From Bacteroidales bacterium (GTDB lineage Bacteria > Bacteroidota > Bacteroidia > Bacteroidales > UBA3663), in contig JAZNGG010000038.1 in NCBI GenBank assembly GCA_045576355.1, positions 35,232 through 99,231 on the forward strand: a stretch of 64,000 nt of DNA, in the 5' to 3' direction. The notes below the pieces were generated by a model. The model saw only the letters and a program-made list of their open reading frames with translations, did no database searches and was not told the origin of the DNA. The position numbers were made by a program, and so were the translations under genes. Shown here one piece after another: positions 37,178 to 47,415 of the stretch. The stretch's first letter is position 1. Every line of letters begins with the position of its first letter.

Positions 37178-38680
37178 TTATATCTTTTTCTTATTGTTTT
37201 TTGTTTTTCCAAAAGAAGAGATATATAGGCCTAAGGCAGTTAGTCCGGCATTAAGAAGTAAAAGTTCATACCCCATGTGATAGCCAAACCATTTTTCAGT
37301 GTGATTGCTAATATAAAGACAGAGAATGGGGGCAGAAATACATATGCCAGGAATCCATTTGTCATTTGCTTTTATTGGGGTATAGAGGCCAAACAAATAT
37401 AGTCCAAGCAATGGTCCATAAGTATAGCTTGCCAGGATGTAAACTGCATCAATAACACTGCCTGTGCCGATTTTTCCGAAAAGATAGATTAGGCATCCCA
37501 TGATGCAACAGCAAACAATGTGCACCATAAAACGACTACGAGATTTTATGTCTGCTTTTCCTAATAAGTCGATGGAGACCGATGTCGTCAATGCTGTTAT
37601 TGCACTGCCTGCAGATGAAAAAGCAGCCGAAATTAATCCGATGGTGAATAGTATGCCACAAATGGGAGGGAGGTAGTGTGCAGATGTTATGGGGTTGGTT
37701 TGGGTGGCAAGCGTAGGGAATAATTCATCGGGCTTGATCCCATTAAATAATTGATTGTTTTCCGGATCGAAAAGCCCAACTTGGGCTGCATATCCATAAA
37801 GCAGGACTCCTAAAGCGAGAAATAATAAGTTTACAGGCAGGAAGCTTATACCATAACTTAATACATTTTTACGTGCTTCTTTGAGATTCTTACAAGATAA
37901 ATTTTTCTGCATCATGTCCTGGTCCAGACCCGTCATGGCGATCGTCGTAAACATACCTGCCAAAAATTGTTTCCAAAAATATTGTTTGTCGTTAATGTCA
38001 TCAAAATACCAAATCTTTGACATTGGGCTATCTGAGATATACATTGAAATATCAGTAATAGAGTTGAATCCCATCTCATGACCTATGTACATTATGCACG
38101 ATATGACAGCCCCGATCAGAGCAAAGGTTTGTAGCATATCTACCCATACAAGCGTTTTAACACCACCCCGTGCAGTATAAAGCCATACGATTATCATAGT
38201 AAATAAAACGTTGAGCCCAAAAGGAATATTCAGACTATCAAATAGTATAACTTGCAATACGATAGCTGTCAAATACATTCGAACGCCACAACCTAAAAAT
38301 TTTGAAATGAGGAAAAAAATAGACCCTGTTTTGTAGCATCTGACTCCAAATCGTTCTTTTAAATATCCATAGATGCTGGCCAATTCAATCCTATAATAAA
38401 GAGGGAGCAAAACATAGGCGATGAAGACATAACCCATCACAAAACCTAAAACCATCTGTAAATATCCGAATGCCGAATTGCTTACCATGCCGGGGACTGA
38501 AATAAATGTGACACCGGATATGGATGTGCCAATCATTCCGATGGCTACTATATACCAGGGAGATTGTTTTCCCCCTAGAAAGTAGGTGCGGTTATCGGTT
38601 TTTCGTCCGGTGAAATAGCTGATCGTAAAAATGATGGTAAAATATATGGCAATGATCGAAAGGATAAGATATGCTTGCAT
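37178..38680 (-). CDS. sodium:solute symporter family transporter
   Basis: 500 aa with about 13 TM helices and an SSF-like N-terminal pattern (YFLGGKQSPWYIVAIGMIGTSISGVTFISVPG). Confidence 0.85.
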   Translation of the reverse strand: MQAYLILSIIAIYFTIIFTISYFTGRKTDNRTYFLGGKQSPWYIVAIGMIGTSISGVTFISVPGMVSNSAFGYLQMVLGFVMGYVFIAYVLLPLYYRIELASIYGYLKERFGVRCYKTGSIFFLISKFLGCGVRMYLTAIVLQVILFDSLNIPFGLNVLFTMIIVWLYTARGGVKTLVWVDMLQTFALIGAVISCIMYIGHEMGFNSITDISMYISDSPMSKIWYFDDINDKQYFWKQFLAGMFTTIAMTGLDQDMMQKNLSCKNLKEARKNVLSYGISFLPVNLLFLALGVLLYGYAAQVGLFDPENNQLFNGIKPDELFPTLATQTNPITSAHYLPPICGILFTIGLISAAFSSAGSAITALTTSVSIDLLGKADIKSRSRFMVHIVCCCIMGCLIYLFGKIGTGSVIDAVYILASYTYGPLLGLYLFGLYTPIKANDKWIPGICISAPILCLYISNHTEKWFGYHMGYELLLLNAGLTALGLYISSFGKTKNNKKKI

Positions 38681-38963
38681 AATAAATGATAAGGATATAT
38701 TTTAAGATTGTTGCAAAGTTATAATATTATTTTCTTTGTTCAAAACAAACGAGCTATATTTCTGTGAGAAAATGTATGTCGGGATAGTTCGGATGCAACA
38801 ATGTGTTTTAAGAAAGTATAATTGATAAATAGTTTTTAGCATGAACAGATAATTATTTGAGAGTTTTATTCTTGTCTGTCAAAAATAATATAAATAAAAG
38901 TTGCAGAAAAGAAAGAAAGATGTATCTTTGCAGTCAATAATTTCTATATTTGTTTTTTGTGCT

Positions 38964-39548
38964 ATGTGTTATATTTCTTTTAGGAAATTAATATCTGTTA
39001 TTTCATGTTTGTTGGCAGTTGTATCCACGACTGAAATAAGACTTTTGGCACAAGAATGCCCTCATGAAGTCTGGTCTCGATTTGAGGAGACTGCTAAAGA
39101 GAAGGGCGGGTTAATTTTTGTAGATAAGCAAAGGATGACACTCACTTTGTTTGACTCTTCAGGGGTGGTTCGGTTTGAGGAAAAAATCGCTTGTGGGAAG
39201 AATTATGGGACCAAACAAAAAAGTGGAGATATGCGTACCCCCGAAGGTCTGTTTGCAGTGCAACAGATACAAAAAAGCCATACTTGGGTCCATGACTTTA
39301 ATGATGGTAAAGGGGTGATTGAAGGTGCTTATGGACCGTGGTTTATCCGACTGAAAACACCATTTAATGGCATAGGCATCCATGGTACACATGCGCCGGA
39401 GAGTATCGGAAGCAGAGCCACAGAAGGTTGCATTAGGTTGCAAAACGACAATCTACGCCGATTGCAGCCGCTTGTTTCTATAGGGATGCCTGTATATATA
39501 GCTCCGGGTAAGAAAGACACGATGGTTAATTCAAAATTAAATAATTAA
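38964..39548 (+). CDS. L,D-transpeptidase (YkuD domain)
   Basis: Start moved to ATG 38964. Catalytic motif HGTHAPESIGSRATEGCIRL. Confidence 0.8.
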   Translation: MCYISFRKLISVISCLLAVVSTTEIRLLAQECPHEVWSRFEETAKEKGGLIFVDKQRMTLTLFDSSGVVRFEEKIACGKNYGTKQKSGDMRTPEGLFAVQQIQKSHTWVHDFNDGKGVIEGAYGPWFIRLKTPFNGIGIHGTHAPESIGSRATEGCIRLQNDNLRRLQPLVSIGMPVYIAPGKKDTMVNSKLNN

Positions 39549-39563
39549 TACTATTTGACAGTT

Positions 39564-39980
39564 ATGAAAACAAACAGAATGTTTCATTGGCTTGGCCTTT
39601 TTTCTTTAGTTTTAAGTCTGTTTTTTACATCATGTTCCTCCGATGAAGAAGAACTACAAGAAGAGATCAATCTCACTTATTTGATCGGATGTTGGGAAAA
39701 TGATGATAACGGAGAATGCTGGGAATATAAAAGTGATCAGAAGGGTGTCTATTGGGATCCTGCAGAATCCACTTATGAAGAGGCTTCCAAAGGGTCAGGC
39801 CTATTTTCTTGGTATGTCGATGAAACCGGTCTGATGCATATTTTCTACATGGAGACAACATCTGATTTCTCCGATCCTGATCCGGATGCTCCTTACATTA
39901 TTGAGGAACTTACCACATCGCATATGACCTATAAAACGTCTGCCGGAGCGCGTGTTGGGCTGACAAAGTTTTATCGCTGA
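39564..39980 (+). CDS. hypothetical lipoprotein
   Basis: ATG 39564. Lipobox LFFTSC followed by SSDEEE, an acidic stretch like the Bacteroidetes surface-export signal. No other motif. Confidence 0.5.
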   Translation: MKTNRMFHWLGLFSLVLSLFFTSCSSDEEELQEEINLTYLIGCWENDDNGECWEYKSDQKGVYWDPAESTYEEASKGSGLFSWYVDETGLMHIFYMETTSDFSDPDPDAPYIIEELTTSHMTYKTSAGARVGLTKFYR

Positions 39981-40056
39981 TTTTTCTTTGAAGGTCCTGC
40001 ATAACGCTTTATATATCATATTCTTTTTGTTTTATTTATAAAAAAATGTTCTTCCG

Positions 40057-43000
40057 ATGAAAAAACCTGTAAAAATTATAATTGCCTCTTTGAGTACTCT
40101 TTTAGGGGTTTTTCTGATTTCGCTGGTTGTATCTCTTTGGTTTGTTTTTACTCCAAGCCGTCTAACACCTATCGTGCGAGACGTAGTCAAAAATAATCTG
40201 AAATGTCAAACCGAAGTGGGAGAAGTGGATCTTACTTTTTTTTCGACTTTCCCCGAGTTTGGGATTCGCCTTTCTGATATATTATTGGTCAACCCTAAGC
40301 AGGGTGCAGCCTCTGACACATTGGCCTCTCTTAAAGAGTGTGTGGCGATCGTAGATGTTATGGCCTACCTGTCAGATAACTCGGTGATAGTTAAAAAACT
40401 ATTGATTGATGAAGGCGTGGCATCTTTATACATATCTTCCGATAGTACCACCAATTTTGACATAGTTGAGCTTTCTGATACAAATGTGCAAGATGAGGAT
40501 ACGCTCTCTTCCTTCAGTTTGTCACAGATTGCTCTTCATGATATTTTGATCGATCGATTATCTCTCTCTTTTATCGATGAAGTGTCTCACATGAATATCT
40601 CTTTAGAAGATTGTGTCTTAAAACTCTCTTCTCAAAGTAATATGGTATCCATGCAGGGAGACGTTGCAGTCGATTTGTCTGCTGCCCATTTTGCTTTTGC
40701 ATTAGAGGATTCTGTCGTCACGGCTGCAGAATTGACTAATATTTCTTTTGAGACTATTCTTCGCGGCAAAGAGTCTGCGCTCATATCAGAAGCATTACAT
40801 TTAGAACTTGACAAAATCGTGTATAACGATGCCGATTTATCGTTTGATTCAGATGATCTGATTATAGATTTTGGGCATATAAATATAGATTCGTTGGTTG
40901 CCCTTCGAGGATCGTTAGATTGTAGTGCTTCTATGAAAAATACGAGATTGCGGATGTCGGGAGCTCCCTCGATCGATCTCACTTTTGATGCAGTGAGATG
41001 GGGCGTGCCGCAATTTAATTGCGCCTCTGACGGAAGTCAGATAAAAACAGATTTGGCTTTTGATCGCATTTCGGTGAAAATGGACGATGAGACTTATGTT
41101 GATCGGCAGCCCTTGTCTTTCCATTTGGAGGCTTCATCCGATGCGGCATTTAAACACTTGACAGTCGATCCCGCAAGCACGATCTCTTATGCTGATCAGA
41201 AATTGCATTTTGCAGCTCAAGCAGATGTGCAGGATAGTCTTACGACCCGCTTAGATCTCTCTCTTGCCCTCGATAAGACCAAGTCAGAAGATCTGTGGAA
41301 ATTATTACCCCCTTCGCTCCTGAAAGAGTTAGACTACCTGCAGATTGGGGGAGAGGTCGATCTGAAACTTGTGGCCGGGGTAACGTTGCATGACACAGAT
41401 GTCACCATCCAATCTTTTGACTTAAAAACAGCATTAAGCCATGTCGCAGTCTCTATAGATGATGATGCATTATGTTATCAGGCTCCGGAAAACGAGGTGC
41501 ATCTTTATTATCCCTCTACGAGGAAGCCCGGAGCTATCGAAAGTTGTATAGTGATACCGGAATTGAATTTTTCGATGTCAGACAGCATGAGTGTCAGTGC
41601 TAAGGCAAAAGATGTGGACATTGATATGCTGATCTCAGACAATGTCTTGACCGGGAGCACCTGGTTGCCTTACATCAGCAGTACGCTGAGCGTTGGCGAT
41701 CTTTCGGCGGCTTTAGACACCATGGATCTACGATCTAAAAACACGAAGGCCAAGGTGGGCATGACATTTGCACATGCACATGCCGAGCCGAAGTTTGCCC
41801 TTCAGTTTGCGGGAGAAGATTGTCACTTGGGTATGGGGAAAGCTATGCAGGCTGCTATTGGTGCACTCAAATTTAGGGGGAGGGTCGCTATCGATAGTAA
41901 GCAGGAAGATCTTTTACTTCAATATAACCCTGCACTTGATGTTGAGTTGGAAAAAGGAGATATAGAAATTGGAGGCATGGCACATCCTTTGGAGATTGCC
42001 ACCATAGACTTCAATTTCAATTTAGGTAAGTTTAAGATTCATGACAGTCAGTTGAAGATTGGCAATTCTGATTTCCGCCTCCAGGGAGAAATTGATAATT
42101 TGGGGAAATTCATCAAGAAAGAAGATCTTCTCTTAGGCCGACTCGATTTCACCTCATCCATGACCGATGTTTATCAGCTCATGGACATTGTCAATGGCTT
42201 TGGGGTGGAGGATTCCACCGGTGTCGCCTCGTCTGCTGACCTGGCAGTGACCGATGCAGAGAGTGTGGCTGATGGTGGTGACACCATTCAGCAGGGCGAT
42301 CCATTCATTGTCCCCAAGCGTGTCGATTTTGTCCTCAATACCCACATTGATAAGACGATGGTCGGTGAAAATGAGTTTTCTGATTTGGGAGGCACTTTAA
42401 CCATTAAAGACGGAGTCCTTGTGCTCGAGGAGATGGGCTTTTCCAGCAAAGCTGCCCGGATGCAACTGACTGCACTTTATAGATCAGACTTAAGAGATCA
42501 TCTCTTTGCCGGCATCAACTTCCACCTCCTGGACATAGAGATTGCAGACTTGATTAAGATGATACCGGAAGTTGACACGATCATACCGATGCTTAGTGAT
42601 TTTGAGGGCAAGGCACAATTTCATCTGGCAGCCGAAACCAACATGAAAGCCAATTATGATCTAAAACTCTCCACCCTGAAAGCCGTTGCTGCGATTGAGG
42701 GCAAAGATTTGGTGCTGCTCGACAGTGAGACGTTTTCTACCATAGCCAAGTATTGTATGTTTGACAAGAAATCTAAAAATCTTGTCGATTCAATATCTGT
42801 CGAGATGGCTGTCGCCCGACGCAAAGCGACTATCTATCCTTTCCTGATATCCATGGATAAATATCAGGCGGTAGTCTCCGGCACCCATAACATCACCGGA
42901 GATATGGGCTTCAACTATAACGTCAGCATCACTGACTGGCCCTTGCCCGGTATTCGTCCGGGAGTGGATGTAAATGGAGATCTTAATGACCTATCATTTA

Positions 43001-43125
43001 AGCTCTTAAGCAAAGGAAAATATGCACATCTTTATCGTCCAGAGAAACGTAATTTGAGTCAAAGCAAAACATTGGAATTAAAGACCATGATACAAACAGC
43101 GCTCAAGAGAACCGTTAAGGAATAA
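40057..43125 (+). CDS. AsmA-family / AsmA-like outer-membrane biogenesis protein
   Basis: 1022 aa with a single N-terminal TM anchor, then a long beta-rich repetitive region and a C-terminal region as in AsmA-like proteins. GC content rises sharply inside the ORF near 40.9 kb. Confidence 0.7.
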   Translation: MKKPVKIIIASLSTLLGVFLISLVVSLWFVFTPSRLTPIVRDVVKNNLKCQTEVGEVDLTFFSTFPEFGIRLSDILLVNPKQGAASDTLASLKECVAIVDVMAYLSDNSVIVKKLLIDEGVASLYISSDSTTNFDIVELSDTNVQDEDTLSSFSLSQIALHDILIDRLSLSFIDEVSHMNISLEDCVLKLSSQSNMVSMQGDVAVDLSAAHFAFALEDSVVTAAELTNISFETILRGKESALISEALHLELDKIVYNDADLSFDSDDLIIDFGHINIDSLVALRGSLDCSASMKNTRLRMSGAPSIDLTFDAVRWGVPQFNCASDGSQIKTDLAFDRISVKMDDETYVDRQPLSFHLEASSDAAFKHLTVDPASTISYADQKLHFAAQADVQDSLTTRLDLSLALDKTKSEDLWKLLPPSLLKELDYLQIGGEVDLKLVAGVTLHDTDVTIQSFDLKTALSHVAVSIDDDALCYQAPENEVHLYYPSTRKPGAIESCIVIPELNFSMSDSMSVSAKAKDVDIDMLISDNVLTGSTWLPYISSTLSVGDLSAALDTMDLRSKNTKAKVGMTFAHAHAEPKFALQFAGEDCHLGMGKAMQAAIGALKFRGRVAIDSKQEDLLLQYNPALDVELEKGDIEIGGMAHPLEIATIDFNFNLGKFKIHDSQLKIGNSDFRLQGEIDNLGKFIKKEDLLLGRLDFTSSMTDVYQLMDIVNGFGVEDSTGVASSADLAVTDAESVADGGDTIQQGDPFIVPKRVDFVLNTHIDKTMVGENEFSDLGGTLTIKDGVLVLEEMGFSSKAARMQLTALYRSDLRDHLFAGINFHLLDIEIADLIKMIPEVDTIIPMLSDFEGKAQFHLAAETNMKANYDLKLSTLKAVAAIEGKDLVLLDSETFSTIAKYCMFDKKSKNLVDSISVEMAVARRKATIYPFLISMDKYQAVVSGTHNITGDMGFNYNVSITDWPLPGIRPGVDVNGDLNDLSFKLLSKGKYAHLYRPEKRNLSQSKTLELKTMIQTALKRTVKE

Positions 43126-43183
43126 ATAAAAAAAAGAGAGAAAGAATATAGCTTTACATTAATACATATTAATAATTTATTTT

Positions 43184-44464
43184 ATGAAAAAAGATCCGAT
43201 TGTGTTTGGTCTGATTGACGAAGAACGTCAGCGTCAAATGAAAGGTATTGAATTGATTGCGTCTGAAAATTTTGTTAGTGATCAAGTGATGGCAGCCATG
43301 GGGTCTGTATTGACCAATAAGTATGCAGAGGGCTATCCCGGCAAGCGCTATTATGGAGGATGCGAAGTCGTGGACAAAGTCGAAACACTGGCTATTGAGC
43401 GCCTCAAGCAGCTATTTGGTGCCTGCTGGGCCAATGTGCAGCCCCACTCTGGAGCACAAGCCAACCAGGCTGTTTTAGCAGCCATCCTGGAGCCGGGAGA
43501 CACATTTATGGGACTCAATTTGGCACATGGCGGTCACCTCTCACACGGGTCTTCAGTCAACTCCTCCGGATTGCTTTATCACCCTGTTGCCTATAATCTG
43601 AATGAGCAGACCGGTCGTGTCGATTATGATGAGATGGAGCGATTGGCACAAGAGTGTCAGCCCAAACTTATCATCGGTGGGGGATCTGCCTATAGCCGAG
43701 AGTGGGATTATAAGAGGATGCGCGCCATCGCCGACAGTGTCGGTGCCATCTTGTTGATCGACATGGCCCACCCGGCAGGATTGATTGCAGCAGGATTGCT
43801 CGATAACCCCCTCAACTATGCCCATATAGTTACCTCTACGACTCACAAGACCCTCCGCGGCCCTCGTGGCGGTGTAATCATGATGAAGAGTGATTTCCCC
43901 AATCCGAAAGGCATTAAGACCCCAAAAGGTGAGATTAAAATGATGTCAGCCTGTTTGGATTCGTCTGTTTTCCCCGGCACACAGGGAGGCCCCTTAGAGC
44001 ATGTGATTGCTGCCAAAGCTGTCGCCTTTGGAGAAGCTCTCCAGCCTGAATTTAAGGCTTATCAGCAGCAGGTGCAAAAAAATGCTGCTGCACTGGCCGA
44101 AGCCTTGGTAAAAAGAGGTTTTAACATTGTCTCAGGAGGAACAGATAACCACTCGATGCTTGTCGATCTGCGCAGCAAATATCCCGACCTGACCGGCAAA
44201 GTGGCTGAAAAGGCATTGGTAGCAGCCGACATCACCTGCAATAAAAACATGGTTCCCTTCGACTCGAGATCTGCATTCCAGACCTCCGGCATCCGACTCG
44301 GCACACCGGCGATTACGACGCGTGGTGCCAAAGAAGAACTGATGGAGACCATTGCCGGATTTATCGAGCAAGTCCTTAATGCACCCGAAGACCAGCAAGT
44401 CATTGCCGATGTCCGTGCTCAGGTAAATGCCATTATGGCAGATTACCCACTCTTCGCATATTAA
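43184..44464 (+). CDS. glyA: serine hydroxymethyltransferase
   Basis: [21 protein letters not shown] and [12 protein letters not shown]. Confidence 0.95.
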   Translation: MKKDPIVFGLIDEERQRQMKGIELIASENFVSDQVMAAMGSVLTNKYAEGYPGKRYYGGCEVVDKVETLAIERLKQLFGACWANVQPHSGAQANQAVLAAILEPGDTFMGLNLAHGGHLSHGSSVNSSGLLYHPVAYNLNEQTGRVDYDEMERLAQECQPKLIIGGGSAYSREWDYKRMRAIADSVGAILLIDMAHPAGLIAAGLLDNPLNYAHIVTSTTHKTLRGPRGGVIMMKSDFPNPKGIKTPKGEIKMMSACLDSSVFPGTQGGPLEHVIAAKAVAFGEALQPEFKAYQQQVQKNAAALAEALVKRGFNIVSGGTDNHSMLVDLRSKYPDLTGKVAEKALVAADITCNKNMVPFDSRSAFQTSGIRLGTPAITTRGAKEELMETIAGFIEQVLNAPEDQQVIADVRAQVNAIMADYPLFAY

Positions 44465-44491
44465 GACATCTCGTCCTCAAAATAATGACTG

Positions 44492-44523
44492 ATACGGGTA
44501 GCACGTGCTATCCGTATTTTTTC
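44492..44523 (+). terminator. intrinsic terminator after glyA
   Basis: atacgggtagc / gctatccgtat stem (one G-U pair), loop acgt, followed by tttttt. Confidence 0.75.
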
Positions 44524-44682
44524 ATATCCGATGCTTTCAGGAAGATCAAAAAACTATCTGCTCGACCGGAAAAACATCGTTTAATAGCCAATATGAAAAG
44601 TTAAGATGTCATTTTTTCTTTGAAAATATTCCATCGTCTAAAATTGTGACTGGTAGATATTTGTTATAATCAAATAAATATG

Positions 44683-44690
44683 TAAATTTG
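44683..44690 (+). promoter_or_regulatory. candidate -7 box (TAAATTTG) for pckA
   Basis: taaatttg at 44683-44690, about 98 nt upstream of ATG 44788. Motif match only. Confidence 0.35.
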
Positions 44691-44787
44691 CGCGGTTTAA
44701 AATGTGTGGCGTTTAAAGACGAAAATTTGGATGCTCATTATTTCGACCCGACAAAGAAATTCTTTAACCAAATTAAAATTATACAAA

Positions 44788-46386
44788 ATGGCTATCGATT
44801 TAAGTAAGTACGGTATTACAGGTGTTACCGAAATCGTTCACAACCCCTCTTACGAAACTCTCTTTGCAGAGGAAACTAAGACTTGTCTTGAAGGTTACGA
44901 AAAAGGTCAGGAGACCGAACTTGGTGCAGTCAACGTTATGACCGGCATCTACACCGGACGCTCTCCTAAGGACAAATTTATTGTCATGGATGCAAATTCC
45001 AAGGATACAGTTTGGTGGACTTCTGATGATTATAAGAATGACAACAAACCACTTTCAGAGGAATCTTGGGCAGCACTCAAAGAGATCGCTAAAAATGAGC
45101 TTTCCGGCAAAAAACTCTATGTCGTAGATTGCTTCTGCGGTGCAAACAAAGATACACGCATGTCAGTACGCTTCATCATGGAAGTGGCATGGCAGGCTCA
45201 CTTTGTGACCAACATGTTTATCCAGCCCACAGCAGAGGAGTTGGCTGCTTTTGAGCCTGACTTCATCGTTTACAATGCTTCTAAAGCTAAAGTAGAAAAT
45301 TGGAAGGAACTCGGCATCAACTCTGAGACTTGTGTAGCATTTAACATCACAAGCCGTGAGCAGGTGATCATCAACACATGGTATGGTGGTGAAATGAAGA
45401 AAGGTATGTTCTCTATGATGAACTACTACTTGCCACTTCAGGGCATTGCTTCCATGCACTGCTCTGCCAATACCAATGAAAAAGGTGAGACAGCTATTTT
45501 CTTTGGCCTTTCCGGCACAGGTAAGACCACACTTTCCACAGATCCTAAACGCCAGTTGATCGGTGACGATGAGCATGGCTGGGATGACAACGGAGTGTTT
45601 AACTTTGAAGGCGGTTGCTACGCCAAGGTTATCAAGCTCGACAAGGAATCTGAGCCGGACATCTATAACGCCATCAAGCGTAACGCCCTTTTGGAGAACG
45701 TTACCGTAGATGCCGATGGTAAGATCGACTTTGATGATAAGAGCGTGACAGAGAACACTCGTGTTTCTTATCCGATTAATCACATTAAGAACATCGTTAA
45801 GCCTATCTCTGCTGCACCGGCTGCCAAGAATGTCATCTTCCTCTCTGCTGATGCCTTTGGTGTTCTTCCTCCTGTTTCTATTTTGACTCCTGAGCAGACT
45901 AAATATTACTTCCTCTCTGGTTTCACTGCAAAGTTGGCAGGTACAGAGCGTGGCATTACTGAGCCTACTCCTACATTCTCTGCTTGCTTCGGTCAGGCAT
46001 TCCTCGAGTTGCATCCTACAAAGTATGCAGAGGAGCTTGTTAAGCGTATGGAGAAGAGTGGTGCTAAGGCATATCTCGTAAATACCGGATGGAATGGTAG
46101 CGGCAAGCGTATCTCTATTCGTGACACTCGTGGCATCATTGATGCCATCCTTGATGGAGCCATCCTTTCTGCACCTACTAAAAACATTCCGATTTTCAAC
46201 TTTGAAGTTCCGACAGAGCTTCCTGGAGTTGATCCGAACATTCTCGATCCACGTGACACTTATGCAGATGCTGCTCAGTGGGAAGAGAAGGCTAAAGATC
46301 TTGCCGGCCGCTTCATCAAGAACTTTGGCAAATACACCACCAATGCTGCCGGTGAGGCACTTGTCTCTGCAGGTCCTCAACTTTAA
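44788..46386 (+). CDS. pckA: phosphoenolpyruvate carboxykinase (ATP)
   Basis: Start moved to ATG 44788 ([26 protein letters not shown]). [11 protein letters not shown] kinase-1a motif. The upstream 28 codons of the track ORF are not PckA-like. Confidence 0.95.
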   Translation: MAIDLSKYGITGVTEIVHNPSYETLFAEETKTCLEGYEKGQETELGAVNVMTGIYTGRSPKDKFIVMDANSKDTVWWTSDDYKNDNKPLSEESWAALKEIAKNELSGKKLYVVDCFCGANKDTRMSVRFIMEVAWQAHFVTNMFIQPTAEELAAFEPDFIVYNASKAKVENWKELGINSETCVAFNITSREQVIINTWYGGEMKKGMFSMMNYYLPLQGIASMHCSANTNEKGETAIFFGLSGTGKTTLSTDPKRQLIGDDEHGWDDNGVFNFEGGCYAKVIKLDKESEPDIYNAIKRNALLENVTVDADGKIDFDDKSVTENTRVSYPINHIKNIVKPISAAPAAKNVIFLSADAFGVLPPVSILTPEQTKYYFLSGFTAKLAGTERGITEPTPTFSACFGQAFLELHPTKYAEELVKRMEKSGAKAYLVNTGWNGSGKRISIRDTRGIIDAILDGAILSAPTKNIPIFNFEVPTELPGVDPNILDPRDTYADAAQWEEKAKDLAGRFIKNFGKYTTNAAGEALVSAGPQL

Positions 46387-46440
46387 CATGAGTAGCTCTG
46401 TCTCTCCCTAAACACAGAGACAGCGATCTATATCTCATTC

Positions 46441-46490
46441 ATTAGGCTGTGTCGAAATGCAAATCTCGACGCAGCCTAATTTCTGTTTAT
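46441..46490 (+). terminator. intrinsic terminator after pckA
   Basis: attaggctgtgtcga / tcgacgcagcctaat (15-bp stem with one G-U pair), followed by ttctgtttatt. Confidence 0.75.
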
Positions 46491-46763
46491 TCCTATCTCT
46501 TATAAATGAATGAAAAGATGACGATTATTTAAAGGGATTGAAATTGTTTTTTAGTGTGTCTCCTTGTTAAGTAAGTAAATCAAATTTTTTTGATGTCTCA
46601 TTATGTTGTGTTGATAATAAATTTTGTTTTATTAACGAAAAGTTGTAATCTGTATTTACCATTTTTATTGCAGAAATTAACACTCATAAATACTCTCCAA
46701 AATTGTCTCTATTTGTTATTATAACTATTAATACTCTATTACAGTAAGGAGTATCGTTTTAAG

Positions 46764-46876
46764 CACAGCGCGCTGTATCAGCTTACACAGCACGCTGTGT
46801 CGCCTATCGTAGCGCGCTGTGTTACCTGATGCAGCGTCCTGTGTTACCTGATGCAGCGTGCTGTGTTTTATGTTTT
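46764..46876. repeat. five direct repeats in exact 22-bp register, core AGCG(Y)(S)CTGTGT
   Basis: [g/c]ctgt starts at 46772, 46794, 46816, 46838 and 46860. Units 3 and 4 (agcgcgctgtgttacctgatgc / agcgtcctgtgttacctgatgc) differ at 2 of 22 positions. Unit 1 contains the perfect 12-bp palindrome acagcgcgctgt. Confidence 0.85.
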
Positions 46877-46921
46877 ACCGCACTAAACTAAAAATTAATC
46901 CTGATTAGGGGTAATATAATG

Positions 46922-46957
46922 AGCGAGGAAAGTATCCTGACGATACATTTCCTCGCT
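46922..46957. other. strong 15-bp hairpin (one bulge) in non-coding DNA
   Basis: agcgaggaaagtatc / gatac-a-tttcctcgct with loop ctgac. Confidence 0.6.
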
Positions 46958-47257
46958 ATAATTGTTTCTAACAATTTTTCTATTAATCAACTATGGCTGT
47001 TAGTATTGGCCATAACTAGGATAGTGCTATCAGACATAGAGGACATACCTCTAAATCTTCAACCCTACAACCTAAACACTGCAAAGATACAACATTCGGA
47101 AGCCGATGTCAAGAGGGGCAAACTCCAATGTCTTAAAATTCCTTAACAATGCCCGTGAATGCTTATGCTGTATTCAAAGATGAATGTCGTCGCAGCTCGG
47201 CATTGAATGAATATGAGAATTACTAACCCCTTAACATAATTAGGGTCTCCGAGTTGC

Positions 47258-47358
47258 ACTCACCCAGACATCGCCATTCTCCTATCATTGTAGTAAATTA
47301 AGTTATTGCTTCTAAAAGCAATAAAATTAAGTAAATGGAGAGCGATGACGGGGTGAGT
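47258..47358. repeat. about 100-nt imperfect palindrome with central hairpin and flanking aaattaagt direct repeats
   Basis: Outer arms actcaccc..catcgc..tctcc pair with ggaga gcgatg..ggggtgagt. Central hairpin is ttattgctt/aagcaataa. Confidence 0.5.
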
Positions 47359-47415
47359 TTTATTGTCGGCACAAAGCGTAGATTATAGGGACTTTATATT
47401 GAGTAGGAGAATAGA

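Noticed and set aside
44704-44787. N-terminal extensions of track ORFs: pckA from 44704, porQ from 9797, yicC from 23075, rho to 21519, btuC to 49379, SPOR from 4633, EEP from 58232, the Ldt from 38901
   Set aside because: The extensions are not homologous to the respective families. An internal ATG gives the canonical N-terminus or a proper signal peptide in each case.
45163-46389. 408-aa ORF antisense to pckA
   Set aside because: It lies entirely within the well-supported pckA gene on the opposite strand. Its product is Cys/Arg/Leu-rich with no motif. Long antisense frames are expected in GC-enriched, codon-biased genes.
46919-47146. 75-aa ORF in the scar left of the island
   Set aside because: No motif, and its start lies inside a strong hairpin. 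The composition is typical of non-coding AT-rich DNA.
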